Of a stretch of DNA of 64,000 nt, positions 27,505-44,400 are shown one piece after another. The stretch is from NCBI RefSeq assembly GCF_009914755.1, contig NC_060929.1; one strand, given 5' to 3'. This DNA comes from the human T2T-CHM13v2.0 reference genome, Homo sapiens. A model generated the notes under the pieces. That model was given only the letters and a program-made list of their open reading frames with translations, was not told where the DNA came from and searched no databases. Both the position numbers and the translations under genes were made by a program. Numbering within the stretch: position 1 is the stretch's first letter; each line of letters opens with the position of its first letter.

Positions 27505-27715
27505 GTAAGTATGTGGTTTAATGCTTTTGAAATGAAAGTTAGAAATGCCGGCTACCTGTGATTTTGAAAATTTCTCTCTCTTCCAACAGTTAGGATTTTC
27601 ATCCTGAAGCAGAAATCTAAGCTTGTTCTTCTAACAATGATTTAGAGGAAGAAATTTAACACCCCCTGCTTGCAACATCCATTTTTCAATAAATCTATAC
27701 TTTCTCTGCCCTCCT
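27505..27715 (+). ncRNA. Putative last intron (85 nt) and terminal exon of an unidentified, probably non-coding transcript
   Basis: Donor GAG|GTAAGT at 27505; acceptor TTTCTCTCTCTTCCAACAG ending 27589; AATAAA at 27688-27693. Confidence 0.4.
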
Positions 27716-28639
27716 CCGTGTTATCAGTCATCCACATCCCAGAGGAAATGCTTCAGGCTTGGGGTTAAATTAAGGTCCTATCTCTAGTGATTGTCTAGAA
27801 TGCTGTCTACATTCTCAAACAAACTTATCTGCATTATATACAGCCATAAATACTTCCTGCCAAGTGGAGACGCTGGTTTTGTTTTGTTTTTGTTTTTCCA
27901 TTGATGTTAATGGAGAGAGTACTACTTGCTAGTTGAAAATTAAAAGAAAAGCAACAATTGTATTTTATTATGAATTGAAAGTAGGTTGAATCTCAATCAG
28001 TATAGTTCTGTGATGCTGAACTTAACATGGGACATGGATGTCCTATATTCTTTCTTGAAAAAAATTGATCTAATGAGATACATTGTCTTTATATTTCTCA
28101 AAATAATATTTCAAGTTAAACTACTTCATACCACCTTTCTTTGACAGTTCAGTGATACTTTTTCAGCTCTTTTGGGATAAATATAGCATCTGAAAAGAAT
28201 AAGCATTTTACAACCTCTTGCTTAATAAATAAAAAATAGAAAAACATTCTACATAAATTAGTTTTACTAAATAGAAAAATTATCTCAGATATCAGGGTTA
28301 GTCAAGGTCAAAGATAATCAAATTTTCTGATAAAAACATTAAACAAACATATGACATACCACAACACACACACATACACACATAAAATATCAATATTTGC
28401 TTTATCAAATATAGTGGGAGATAAATAGGCCATCAGTATGACTAAGAGCTAAACAAAACCCAATGTATAAAATGAGAGAGTTTCCATAATAATTTGCTGT
28501 AAAATCTTTGAGTCGAGTGATAGAGGAAGGCATCACAGAAATATCTGTGTGGGAGGAGGGTAGCTTATTCTAATTCACCAGCAAATCATAGCAAAGTGGA
28601 GAGAGAGGGATACTTTATATTGTATGTTCAGGCAGGAAA

Positions 28640-28790
28640 TTCATGTGCTCATTCATCCAGTAAATATGCATTGGATATACATGCCAGGCACAGTTCTAGG
28701 CACTGGGGATATGAGTTAACAAAGCAAAGTCCCTGTCATCATGGAGCTTACATTCTAGTGGGAAAAACAGACCAATGAATATACAAATAT
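28640..28790 (+). mobile_element. L2 remnant
   Basis: 'tgccaggcacagttctaggcactggggata' and 'ccctgtcatcatggagcttacattctagtggg'. Confidence 0.7.
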
Positions 28791-28971
28791 AAAAATATAT
28801 GTGTTTTTATAAATATATGTTTTTATAAATAAATCTGGATTGTGGTAATTCTGAATATTACAGTGTCAAGGTTTATAATATTAAAATTCTGTGTTCTACA
28901 ATTATTTTTCTGCAGTTTTTAAAGTCTTGGTTTTATGTTTCCCTAGTTGTGTATATCCATTTCTCTATTCT

Positions 28972-29273
28972 CTTTCTTTTTTTTTTTTTTGAGACACAGT
29001 TTCACTCTTGTTGCCCGGGCTGGAGTGTGGTGGCAGTAATCTTGGCTCACTGCAACCCCTGCCTCCCGGGTTCAAGTGATTCTCCTGCCTCCGCCTCCCA
29101 AGTAGCTGGGATTACAGGCATGCACCACCATGCCCGGCTAATTTTGTATTTTTAGTAGAGACGGGGTTTCACTATGTTGGTCAGACTGGTCTTGAACTCC
29201 AGACCTCAGGTAGTCAGCCCGCCTCAGCCTCCCAAAGTGCTGGGATAACAGGTGTAAGCCACCACGTCTGGCC
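28972..29273 (-). mobile_element. AluSp/Sq-like
   Basis: 'gtttcactcttgttgccc' and 'tgttggtcag'; TSD ATTTCTCTATTCT on both sides. Confidence 0.93.
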
Positions 29274-29304
29274 GATTTCTCTATTCTTAAGGTCTTTGTT
29301 TTCA

Positions 29305-29685
<381 letters not shown>

Positions 29686-30319
29686 TCAAGTTTCAATAGG
29701 GAAACACAAGATTACTCTAGGCATTTCAAGAAGGGAGGAATTTGAGGAAGGCAGAGGTTTACTGAACAGTTCAAAGAGCTGACGTAGTGAAAGTCAGCAC
29801 AGCTGACATTCAGGAAATCAGAAAGGATAACCATTACAGATGATCTAAGGGACCTCTGGCACTCAAATAGTTGCCTTCCAGGAGGATGCCTAGAAACTGC
29901 TATTTGCCAAAGCCTCTATTCTTGCCTGCTGCCAGCACCAAGCCATGATAGCTTCTGCAGTTTTTTGCCTTCTAAATCTGTGCAAGTTCCTCTCATTGGT
30001 AAAATCCAATCTGGAAATCTGCTGGCTGGGATTATAGAAAATAGTGTTGCCAGTCTTTATATTTTGCAATACAGAGGAGAACATAAAAGGAACAAAATGG
30101 TACCTGCTTATCAATAGATAATCTGAATATACCTTGACTGTTTATAAAATTGAGTAATGTGTTCTTTCCCATATAAATATTCTCCAATGACCACTGGCAC
30201 TAAGTGTTACTATAGGGCCTGATTAGTTTTCTCCCATCCTCCTACTTTCTTTTTAAAAAATCTTGACACCAAAGAACCTTTTTCTTTATTTTTGAAGTTC
30301 AATTATATCATGCAGCGTC

Positions 30320-30700
30320 TGGGCATTTATCGTGAATTGTATTATTCCTAATGATCCCTGAACCTGTAAGAGGAGTGTATTTTCCCAACCGGGTATCATG
30401 CTTGGCCACGTGACTTGCATTGACCAATAGAATGTAAGGAGAAATGACACGGTAGCAGTTCTCAACCAGAAGCTTTTATAGTCATTGTGTTTTTGCTAAC
30501 TTGCTTACTCTTTTCTTTGTCAAGAGAATTGCATATCCTAGATCACGGCTTTGCCTCTAACCCTGGTCCAAGAATGAGAAGACGTGGAGTAGAGCCAAAC
30601 TCAACCTGGAGCCATGTAGCATAGGCAGAGAAATAAACTCTGTTTTTTAAGTCACTGAGATTTTGAGGCAACTCATAATTGCAGCAGAGTTAACCAATGC
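30320..30700 (+). mobile_element. Old MaLR LTR (MLT1I/J-like)
   Basis: 'cttggccacgtgacttgcattgaccaatagaatgt' and 'gagaaataaactctgttttttaagtcactgagattttgagg'. Confidence 0.75.
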
Positions 30701-30725
30701 TGTGTTGCTGATTCTACGTTAGTCC

Positions 30726-31145
30726 TGATATGGTTTGGATTTGTGTCCCCACCCAAATCTCATGTTCAATTGTAATCCCCATTGCTGGAGGTGGGGCCTG
30801 GTGGTTGGGTTATGGGGGCAGATTTCTCATGAATGGGTTAGTATCATCCCCTTGGTGCTGTTCTTGTGATAGTGAATGAGTTCTCATGAGGTCTGTATGT
30901 TTCAAAGTACATAGCACCTCTCTCACTTCCGCTCTTGCTCCTGCTCTGGCCGTATGAAGTGCCAGCTCCCCCTTCACCTTCTGTGATGACTTTAAGTTTC
31001 CTGAGGCCTCTCCAGAAGCTGAGCAGATGCCAGCATCATGCTTTGTGTACAGGCTGTGGAACTGTAAACCAATTAAGCATCTTTTCTTTATAAATTACTC
31101 AGTCTCAGGTATTTCTTTATAGGAATGTGAGAATGGACTAATACA
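30726..31145 (+). mobile_element. MSTA-like MaLR solo LTR
   Basis: TGATATGGTTTGGATTTGTGTCCCCACCCAAATCTC through GGACTAATACA; 5-bp TSD AGTCC/AGTCA. Confidence 0.92.
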
Positions 31146-31614
31146 AGTCACCATGCCACTCCTTCCAACTTCTCTTGAATTCAATACACCATTTTCATAT
31201 GCTATCTCAGATACTTCCTAATTTCAGGAATGCTTTTACCTTGACATTTAAAAATTCGTTTGCTGTCCTTTTTTTTTTTCCTGCTTATTTTATTGAGGGA
31301 ACTTAAACAGTGCAATGATCTTTTTTCAAAAAATTGGTTTATTTCTTTATTGTAGTCTTGATTTTCATCCATTAAATAATGATAATAACCTGGCTTATCA
31401 TGTTCTCTACTGCATTCTCAGTGCCTCTACAAAGCTTAGCTCATAAAAGACATGGAATAAATGTTTAAAGAGTGTGTGAATAAACAGATATTTTCTACTA
31501 TAATATGTATTTTCTGAAATCTTGTATACTCAATAAGATTAAATTACTCATTGGTCTTATAATCATATAAAATTATTTCAAATTTGGCTTGTTTTCTTGA
31601 GTACTATTTTCTGA

Positions 31615-31914
<300 letters not shown>

Positions 31915-32537
31915 TGAAATGTATTTTCTTTAGCAACTTTTCCATTTGTTTCTTTTTTCTGCTATGGTGCAGATTCTATAGATAGATCTTATTTTGTTTA
32001 TTTTATTTATGATTAGAACATGTCATTGAATTAAAGGAAATATTGGCTAAGAAAATAGTGCAAGTGAATGTGTGGTTGCATAGTAAGAAAGGGTGCTTTG
32101 TGATTTCCATTTAGATTTATATTCCTAAATACTTTCTCAAAAGGTATGTATTTTTCTCTGGACACATGTCTTCCCTCAGTCTTTGATGTTCAAGAGACTT
32201 CTTTGTCTAGAGGGTTTGTTAGTAGACCAGAAACTGAAAACTAGCAGCTCTGAGGATATATGTAGCCAGCTGATATGCTGTATTTGGCCTGACAGTTATT
32301 AACCTGAACAATGTATTTTCATTGTTAACATTTAAAAGCTGGATGAGTTCTCATAAATATCTAGACCTCTGGCTTTTCCTCAACCCCTCCCTCATCCAAC
32401 TGGAAGGTTTGAAAATATTGGGTCTGCACTTATTACTGAATACAGAGTAGCACTGAAGCTGGATAGTAGCATCTCTCCACTGAGAGGAGATGTGTTACCC
32501 AGTTGGCCGCAATTTCTACCATTCTTAGCTCTATCAC

Positions 32538-33106
32538 TGTGGTGAGCATAATGAGGTGACCCCGGTGAATCATGACCTTGTATAATCCCCTCCTTTTGAA
32601 TGCAGGTGGAAACTGACTTTTTTTCTAGGCCAGAGAATAATGACAAAGGTGATGGGATAGTCATTCTTAGAATTGAGTTACATTATAGAAAACTCCGTCT
32701 TAGCAGATTGGTGAGAGATTCTCCTTGTGACCGTGAAAAGGTGAGTTATTTTATTGTGGGAGGGCCTGTGTGAGTGTCTGGGAGAGGGCCACCAACTGCA
32801 GGTATCCTCATGTGTTAAGAGAAATTCCCAGCTGCGATGGACAGCAAGAAAATGAGTCCTCAGTATTAAAACCACAAGAAACTGAATTCTGCCAACCACC
32901 ATGTGAACCTGGAAAAATATACTGAGTTGTAAAAAGGAGTGTAGTCTGACCAACATATTGTTTGCAGCCTTGTGATACCCTGACCAGAGGACATAGTTAA
33001 AAGCCATGCTGAGCTTACAGACGCACAAAACTGAGAGATAGTAAATGTGTATTGTTTTCAATCACTAACTTTGTGGTAGTTTTTATGCAGCAAAATAAAA
33101 ATATAC
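32538..33106 (+). mobile_element. MLT1E-like MaLR LTR, apparently inside an older hAT relic (~32230-33190)
   Basis: 'gacagcaagaaaatgagtcctcagt', 'aactgaattctgccaaccaccatgtga' and 'aaatgtgtattgttttcaatcactaactttgtggtag'. Confidence 0.8.
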
Positions 33107-33619
33107 CACCCACACTGAGGTCATATGTCAGTTATCCGTTATCTCTAATCTTAGTTTTCATTGGCATTCAACCTGGCCCAGTTCACCTATTTATCTTATC
33201 TAGGAGGCCAACGTTATTCTGAAACAACTAGAAAAAGTCAAGTGAGTTTTAAAATGTAATATTTTAAGTAAAATAGAGGGCAATGGAGTGAAAGTAGAGT
33301 AATTGAGCTAAAATTTCAGAGAGGAGGAAAAATGTTCTGAGTTCATTTGACTATTAGCAGAAATTTCTTCCCTGGGGCACTTGTTGATTCAGGGAACTAA
33401 CTGAGGATTGGTCCTAGCCTTGGAAAAGAATCTCTGTTGAAAGGAAAAAGTAACCTACAAGGCTTTTATTGGTTACATGAGCTAGAGTGACAAATTAAAA
33501 ACATAAGGGGTCTTAAATGCATGATTGGTTCTCTCCTGGAAATATTTACACCGTCCTGGTTCTGTGTAAGGAGCTGTGGAGCCAGACCAAAAGTTCTAAA
33601 AGGTCCTCATTTTTGTAAG

Positions 33620-34285
33620 TCTCAGCGAAACCCCAGCATAATAAATATAAGGCAACCCACACCTGGGAATATAATAGGCAAATTTCTGAAAGCCAAAGGG
33701 AAAAAATAAGATAAAACAACCAATGGATAAAAAGACATATTACCTTCAAAGAAGCAATAACAAAAATTAAAGCTGACTTCTCAACTGAAATGTTGTAAGT
33801 CAGAAGACAGTAGAATGCCATCTCTAGGTGCTGAAAGATAAAAACTGATGGTATATAATTATTTACCAAGAAAAATTCCTTCAAAATTAAGGTAAAATAA
33901 AAATGTTTTCCAGACAAACAAAAACCAAGGGAATTTAACACCATCATGCTTGAAATAAAATAAATACTAAAAGGAGGGAAAATGTACCCAGAGAAAACAT
34001 GGTAATGCCAGAAGGAATAAAGAACATTAGATAAGTAGTGAGAATAAATTAAAATAAATACTCATGTTGCAAAAACAATAATTGTAATGTCCTGTGGAAT
34101 TTACAATGTAAATGGAATTAAAATTTTAATACAGCTGGAAGAAGTGAGATGAGGGTAAATGGAATTAAAATATTCTACAATTCTAACAGTATTAGGCAAG
34201 TGGTAAAAATATTCTTTTAGATCAAAATAAGCCAAGAATGCATGCCTTAATTTTAAGAGTATCACTAAAAGAATCAAAAGTTTTA
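33620..34285 (+). mobile_element. Old L1M ORF1 C-terminus and inter-ORF fragment
   Basis: 'gctgacttctcaactgaaat', 'gtcagaagacagtagaatg', 'tccttcaaaattaaggtaaaataaaaatgttttccagacaaacaaaaac'. Confidence 0.75.
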
Positions 34286-34659
34286 TGAGTGGCTTGGGTT
34301 TTCCATTGAGCTCTATGTACCCTGACATTCTGTTGTTTCTAGCAAGGTCTCAAAATGTACCTTCCTTGATTCTTACGTGTTCCACAAACACCCTGGCTTT
34401 GGTACCTCTAATTAATGTCTTTTGTTAAGCCTTTTATAACTATGATATTCTTAGATAAAGTCTATAGTCTCCTTGAGATCTGAGATAGCAGTTTGGTACT
34501 CAAGCTTCTCTTTTCTTTTCATAGTTCTTGGAAAGCTGGATAACTAGATCATGGTTGGAATTGTGACCAGTTGATTGTGTTATTGAAAATAAAATTGTAC
34601 TGGTGGTCTAATTTTTTAAGTGAGGGTCTAAATTTTCTAGAAAGAATAATGCAGTACAA

Positions 34660-39290
<4,631 letters not shown>

Positions 39291-39527
39291 CAAAAATGCA
39301 TTTACTTCCTCAAGTTTAACCAGAAAACTTAGGTTAATTTTTATAACTGAAATTTGTAAATGACTTTGGACATTGCATTTTTTTCATTTAAGAAATGAAT
39401 GAAGAAATATTTAAAAATATTTTGAAAGATGGTAAAATTTTAGTTATATAGGAATGCTATAACTGCATAAAGTGAAGCCAAAACCAAAGGGAGGAAAGCT
39501 GAGAACGGATTGAAAATCCAGACATTG

Positions 39528-39850
39528 GGCTGGGTGGGGTGGCTCACGCCTGTAATCCCAGCACTTTGGGAGGCTGAGGTGGGCGGATCATGAGGTCAGG
39601 AGTTTGAGGCCAACCTGGCCAACATGGTGAAACCCCGTCTCACCAAAAATACAAAAAATTAGCTCGGTCTGTTGGTGCGCACCTGTAGTCCCAGCTACTC
39701 AGGATGGTAAGGCAGGAGAATCGCTTGAACCCAGGAGACAGAGATTGGAGTGAGCAGAGATTGTGCCATTGCACTCCAGTCTAGGTGACAGAGCAAGACT
39801 CCGTCTCAAAAAAAATAAATAAATAAAAAAAATAAATAAATAAAAAATAA
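39528..39850 (+). mobile_element. AluSg-like with (AAAT)n tail
   Basis: 'ggcggatcatgaggtcaggagtttgag'; full dimer. Confidence 0.92.
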
Positions 39851-40264
39851 ATGTCTTATTACACTCTTGAAAAGTTTGGAAAAGAGAGTGAAAAAAAGGG
39901 CTTCTGTTAGGAGCCTGCAAGCTGGAAAGTAGTATCAATTTAGAGCAAGATGTTTTTGAAATAATTGTGGTGTTGTAAATGTATAATGATTTCCAATTCT
40001 CTCTTTCTTGCATTCCTGCCATTCTTCAAATTAGTAATGAATGTTTAATATAGTAGCTACTATGTTAGATATTGGGATGCAATAATGAATATGACATAAT
40101 TTCTATTTGTAAAGAACTTAGTCTATTATAAGGGACTCATACATATAATCAAATGATTTTAATATGATGTAATAAATGCATGGATAAAATTATATGCAAC
40201 TTCCATTCTGGCACAAATAAGCTGAATCAGCTGGCTCAGTGAGAGTATTGTCATGGGTATAGAA

Positions 40265-40750
<486 letters not shown>

Positions 40751-41420
40751 TGCTTTAGTCCATTTGTGCTGCTATAAAAGAATACCTGGGATTGGGTAAT
40801 TTACAAAGGACAGACATTTATTTCTCACAGTTTCAGAGGCTGGGAAGTCCAAGATCAAGTTATCGTCACCTGATTGGGGCCTTCTTGCTGTGTCTCCACA
40901 TGGAAGAAAGTAGAATTCAAGAGAAGGTGAATGATATGTTCCCATATGAAGGAAGAATGGAAGAGCAAGCTACCCAAATGCAGCTGAACTCTCTTTCATA
41001 AAGCTCTTAATACCATTCACAAACGAGTAGTCCTCATGGCCTAATCACCTCTTAAAGACCTCAAATCTTAATACTATTACATTAGCAACACCTAAAATTT
41101 GAAGGGATACATTCAAACTATAGAATTCCCTTTTTGGCTTCTCAAAATTCATGCCCTTCTCACTTGCAAGATATACTAATTTCATCCCAATAGTCCCAGA
41201 GTCTTAACTCATTCCAGCATCAACTCAAAAGCCTAAAGTCCAAGGTCTTATATAGATATCACCTTAATTAGATGTAGGTGAGGCTCAAAGGTATAGTTCA
41301 TCTCGAGGCAAATTGCTCTCCAGCTGTGCATCTGTGAAATCAAACAATTTTTGTTCTTCCAAAATATAATGGTGTTTCAGGCATAGGATAGATATTACCA
41401 TTCCAAAACAGAACATTAGA
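40751..41420 (-). mobile_element. MaLR LTR (MSTD/MLT1A-like) with ~300 bp of adjoining internal sequence
   Basis: LTR from 'ttagtccatttgtgctgctataaaagaatacctg' to 'attcaaactatag', then MaLR-internal 'gtcttaactcattccagcatcaactcaaaag'. Confidence 0.8.
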
Positions 41421-44400
41421 AAATTTTTTGGCTACAACATTCTCACTGATTACAGAAACTGCTTGTGTTTTCAATGGGAGAAAACAACATTCTGAAGGAA
41501 AATCACTGATACACAGGCTGTGATTTGTCTTACTCTTTTCATCTTAATACCCAAAGCTAGGTAATGAAAGACAGAACTTTAAAGAAAAGCACATTCCCAA
41601 ACTAAATATGTAAATATGTATCTGTGAAACAGTTGGAATTGGTCAAGTAGAAAAGAAAGTTATACAGAATCTTCAAATTGTGGCAGTGAGAGAGATTTTA
41701 GACATTATGTAATTCAACCTCTTTTTTTTTTTTTACTGATGAGAAAGTAGGATCCCAGAAGATGAGGGAAATAGTGCAAGGCCAAAATGGATAATTAGAA
41801 GCAAACTGGGACTTGATTTAGTTATCTGCCTCTGAATCTAATTCCATTCCTAAATTGTATAATGAATCACTGATAAAGAGTTTGATGACATTGAGGGGGC
41901 ATTTTAAACTTGAGTAAGTATGTTATTTGTGGAGTAAGTATGTTGTGCTGAGTAGGTGTAATAATTGATACTATATAAAATATTGTGCAATTTTCATATG
42001 TAAAATATTATAGGTGTCCTTGCACTTTTATGTTGGAATTCATACAGGTTTATAATTTCATATCTTGTATAAAACTTTGGCACAAAGTTCCACATATGTG
42101 CAGTTTTAAATATTAAATATTAAAATCACAATCTCATATTACTTTATTTGAGGCTTTAAAACTTTACATTAACCATATGAGCGTGTATTTGCCATTTTGC
42201 AGAGGATGAAATTGAGTACCATAAAGGTTAAGCAATGGAAACTAGGATCCATATCTTTACACTTTTCCTTCCAGCTTGATAATTGGATAAAAGTTTTATA
42301 AGTATCATTTTTTTATCACAAAGGGCAAAAGGTGAAACAAAGCCTTTGGCTTGCCAAGATATCTTTTTAGCTCTTCATTTTTTTTCCTCTATCTTCACTT
42401 CCACCCTCAGATTGTTGAGGAATAACAGTAGTCATGGAAGAGACCTCATGTTGGTTCAGCAACTCCTGAAGTTTCTTGGTTGTCCTACTAAGAAGTCATT
42501 TTTTAAAAGGACCATTTAATGTAGAATTGAAATGTTCTTTACTGCCATGCCCTATGAAAATTCATATTTCCCCAGGAAGGACATACTGTGGTCATGTGAA
42601 AGATATTAAATGGGTAACACTAACCTCCTAGGTGCCTTGGCTTCAATAGTTTTGACAATATTTTGACATTTGTCAAGACTTTTTCACTAAAATTACAAGT
42701 TTTTCTTATTGTTTCTGAATAACGTTATGTGACATGAGATTTGTTTATAGTTTTGGGAAACTCTGGAATTTTCAAACCAAAAAACAGATGAAGATTAGGA
42801 ATATTATAAGCTATAACTTGAATGCAAGGGAAGTAAAGGCCACTTGTAATTTCTGAGGCTACCTGACCACCTAATAACTACTTATGAGCAATGACTATCA
42901 GAAACCATTTTAATATAATTCAATTTTGAAGCTATACATGATGACCAAATACAAGCAAGACAATACAGAATATATAATTTGGTGTATATCATGGATTGAA
43001 AGCTAAGAATTTAATGTATGGCGAAGAGGTGTGACTTTTTATATTTTAAGTGAAATGTTTACCTCTTTAAAGAATCGGAGATCTAAATTTATTATACCAT
43101 TAAACTTTTAAATAATATCTCTTGTTACATTAATGAGTGGTCAAATTAGGTAAGAGGAAATAATTTACCCTTGATATGATATTCTACATTTTTTACTATA
43201 ATTTTAATAAATTTGCTATGATATAAATGTAATATTTCTCTTTATTATGTCTTTGTAAGACAGAATCATAATTTGTTCCTAGACATGCAAATTAACATGT
43301 TCATAATAGCTTACATGATTAGAGGTAGAACATACTTCTTGAAATTTTTCATATAACCAAGTTCATATGATGGTACACTTATGTAAAGCATAAAGATTTG
43401 ACAAGAATCTTGACAAAAGGAGAACTAAGAAAATAATCAAAATGATATTTGTGCCATAGGTGCTGAGGACAGGAAAAAATATAAGTTTGGTAGAAATGGT
43501 AAAATAATTTATCTGGAAGCATTAGCAAATCTTTGGCTAATATATTCAAGAGTCACCTGAATTAATGCTAGCAATTTTGTATTATTTAATTTTTTGATGT
43601 ACAGTCTTGATTACTTAGAAAACTCAAGTAGCTATTCCCAGTTCCTTAACAATAATAAAAAGTTTAAAGACTTGTCTTGTATAATCTGCTCAACTCATTA
43701 CTGAGCACATTTAAAGACATATTAAAATAAGTTTCACATAAAAATTCAGTTTTCAAATGAAAGGCTGATTGTAATAATTGACATTAAGTGCTGTTTTGAG
43801 TAGCAAACCAGTGACTTCTTAATTGACATTAAACAGGAAAAGTTTGTGAAATGATATTAAATTAACGTTTACATTAAATTAATAAAAAATAGTTCGGAGG
43901 ATGAGAAAAAACTTTCCCATTAGTGGGAATTTCCATTAATAGAGTTGATATTAAATGAACATAATAATTTAGACAAGGGGGAAAAGATGTCTGGCTGCCT
44001 GGAAATTAGAGAAAGAAAGTGAGCAGAGAAATGCTAGAAATGGTATCAGCTTCAAGGAAGAAGCCTCTTTATTTGGGTAGTGAGTTAGTTTAAGCAATAG
44101 GATGAACTGTTAGCAAATAAATAAAAACCAGGGTTCTGTTCAACAGTGCAGAGAAAAATTTTGATGATCTACGACTTTGAAATTCTGATTATCATTATGT
44201 TTTTGAAAATAATAGTTTATAGAAAGATTACTTCAATAAGAATTGGAAATGGATTAATATTTTCTCAATGGGCATGATTTAACAGAACTATTTTCATGTA
44301 TACTCAGTTTCAAAATATTTGTTTCTCAGGTTTTCTTTTATGAACCTCAGGCTAAAATATAAAGTTTTAGAATTTAAAAAAATCATTTTGATAGGACTCA

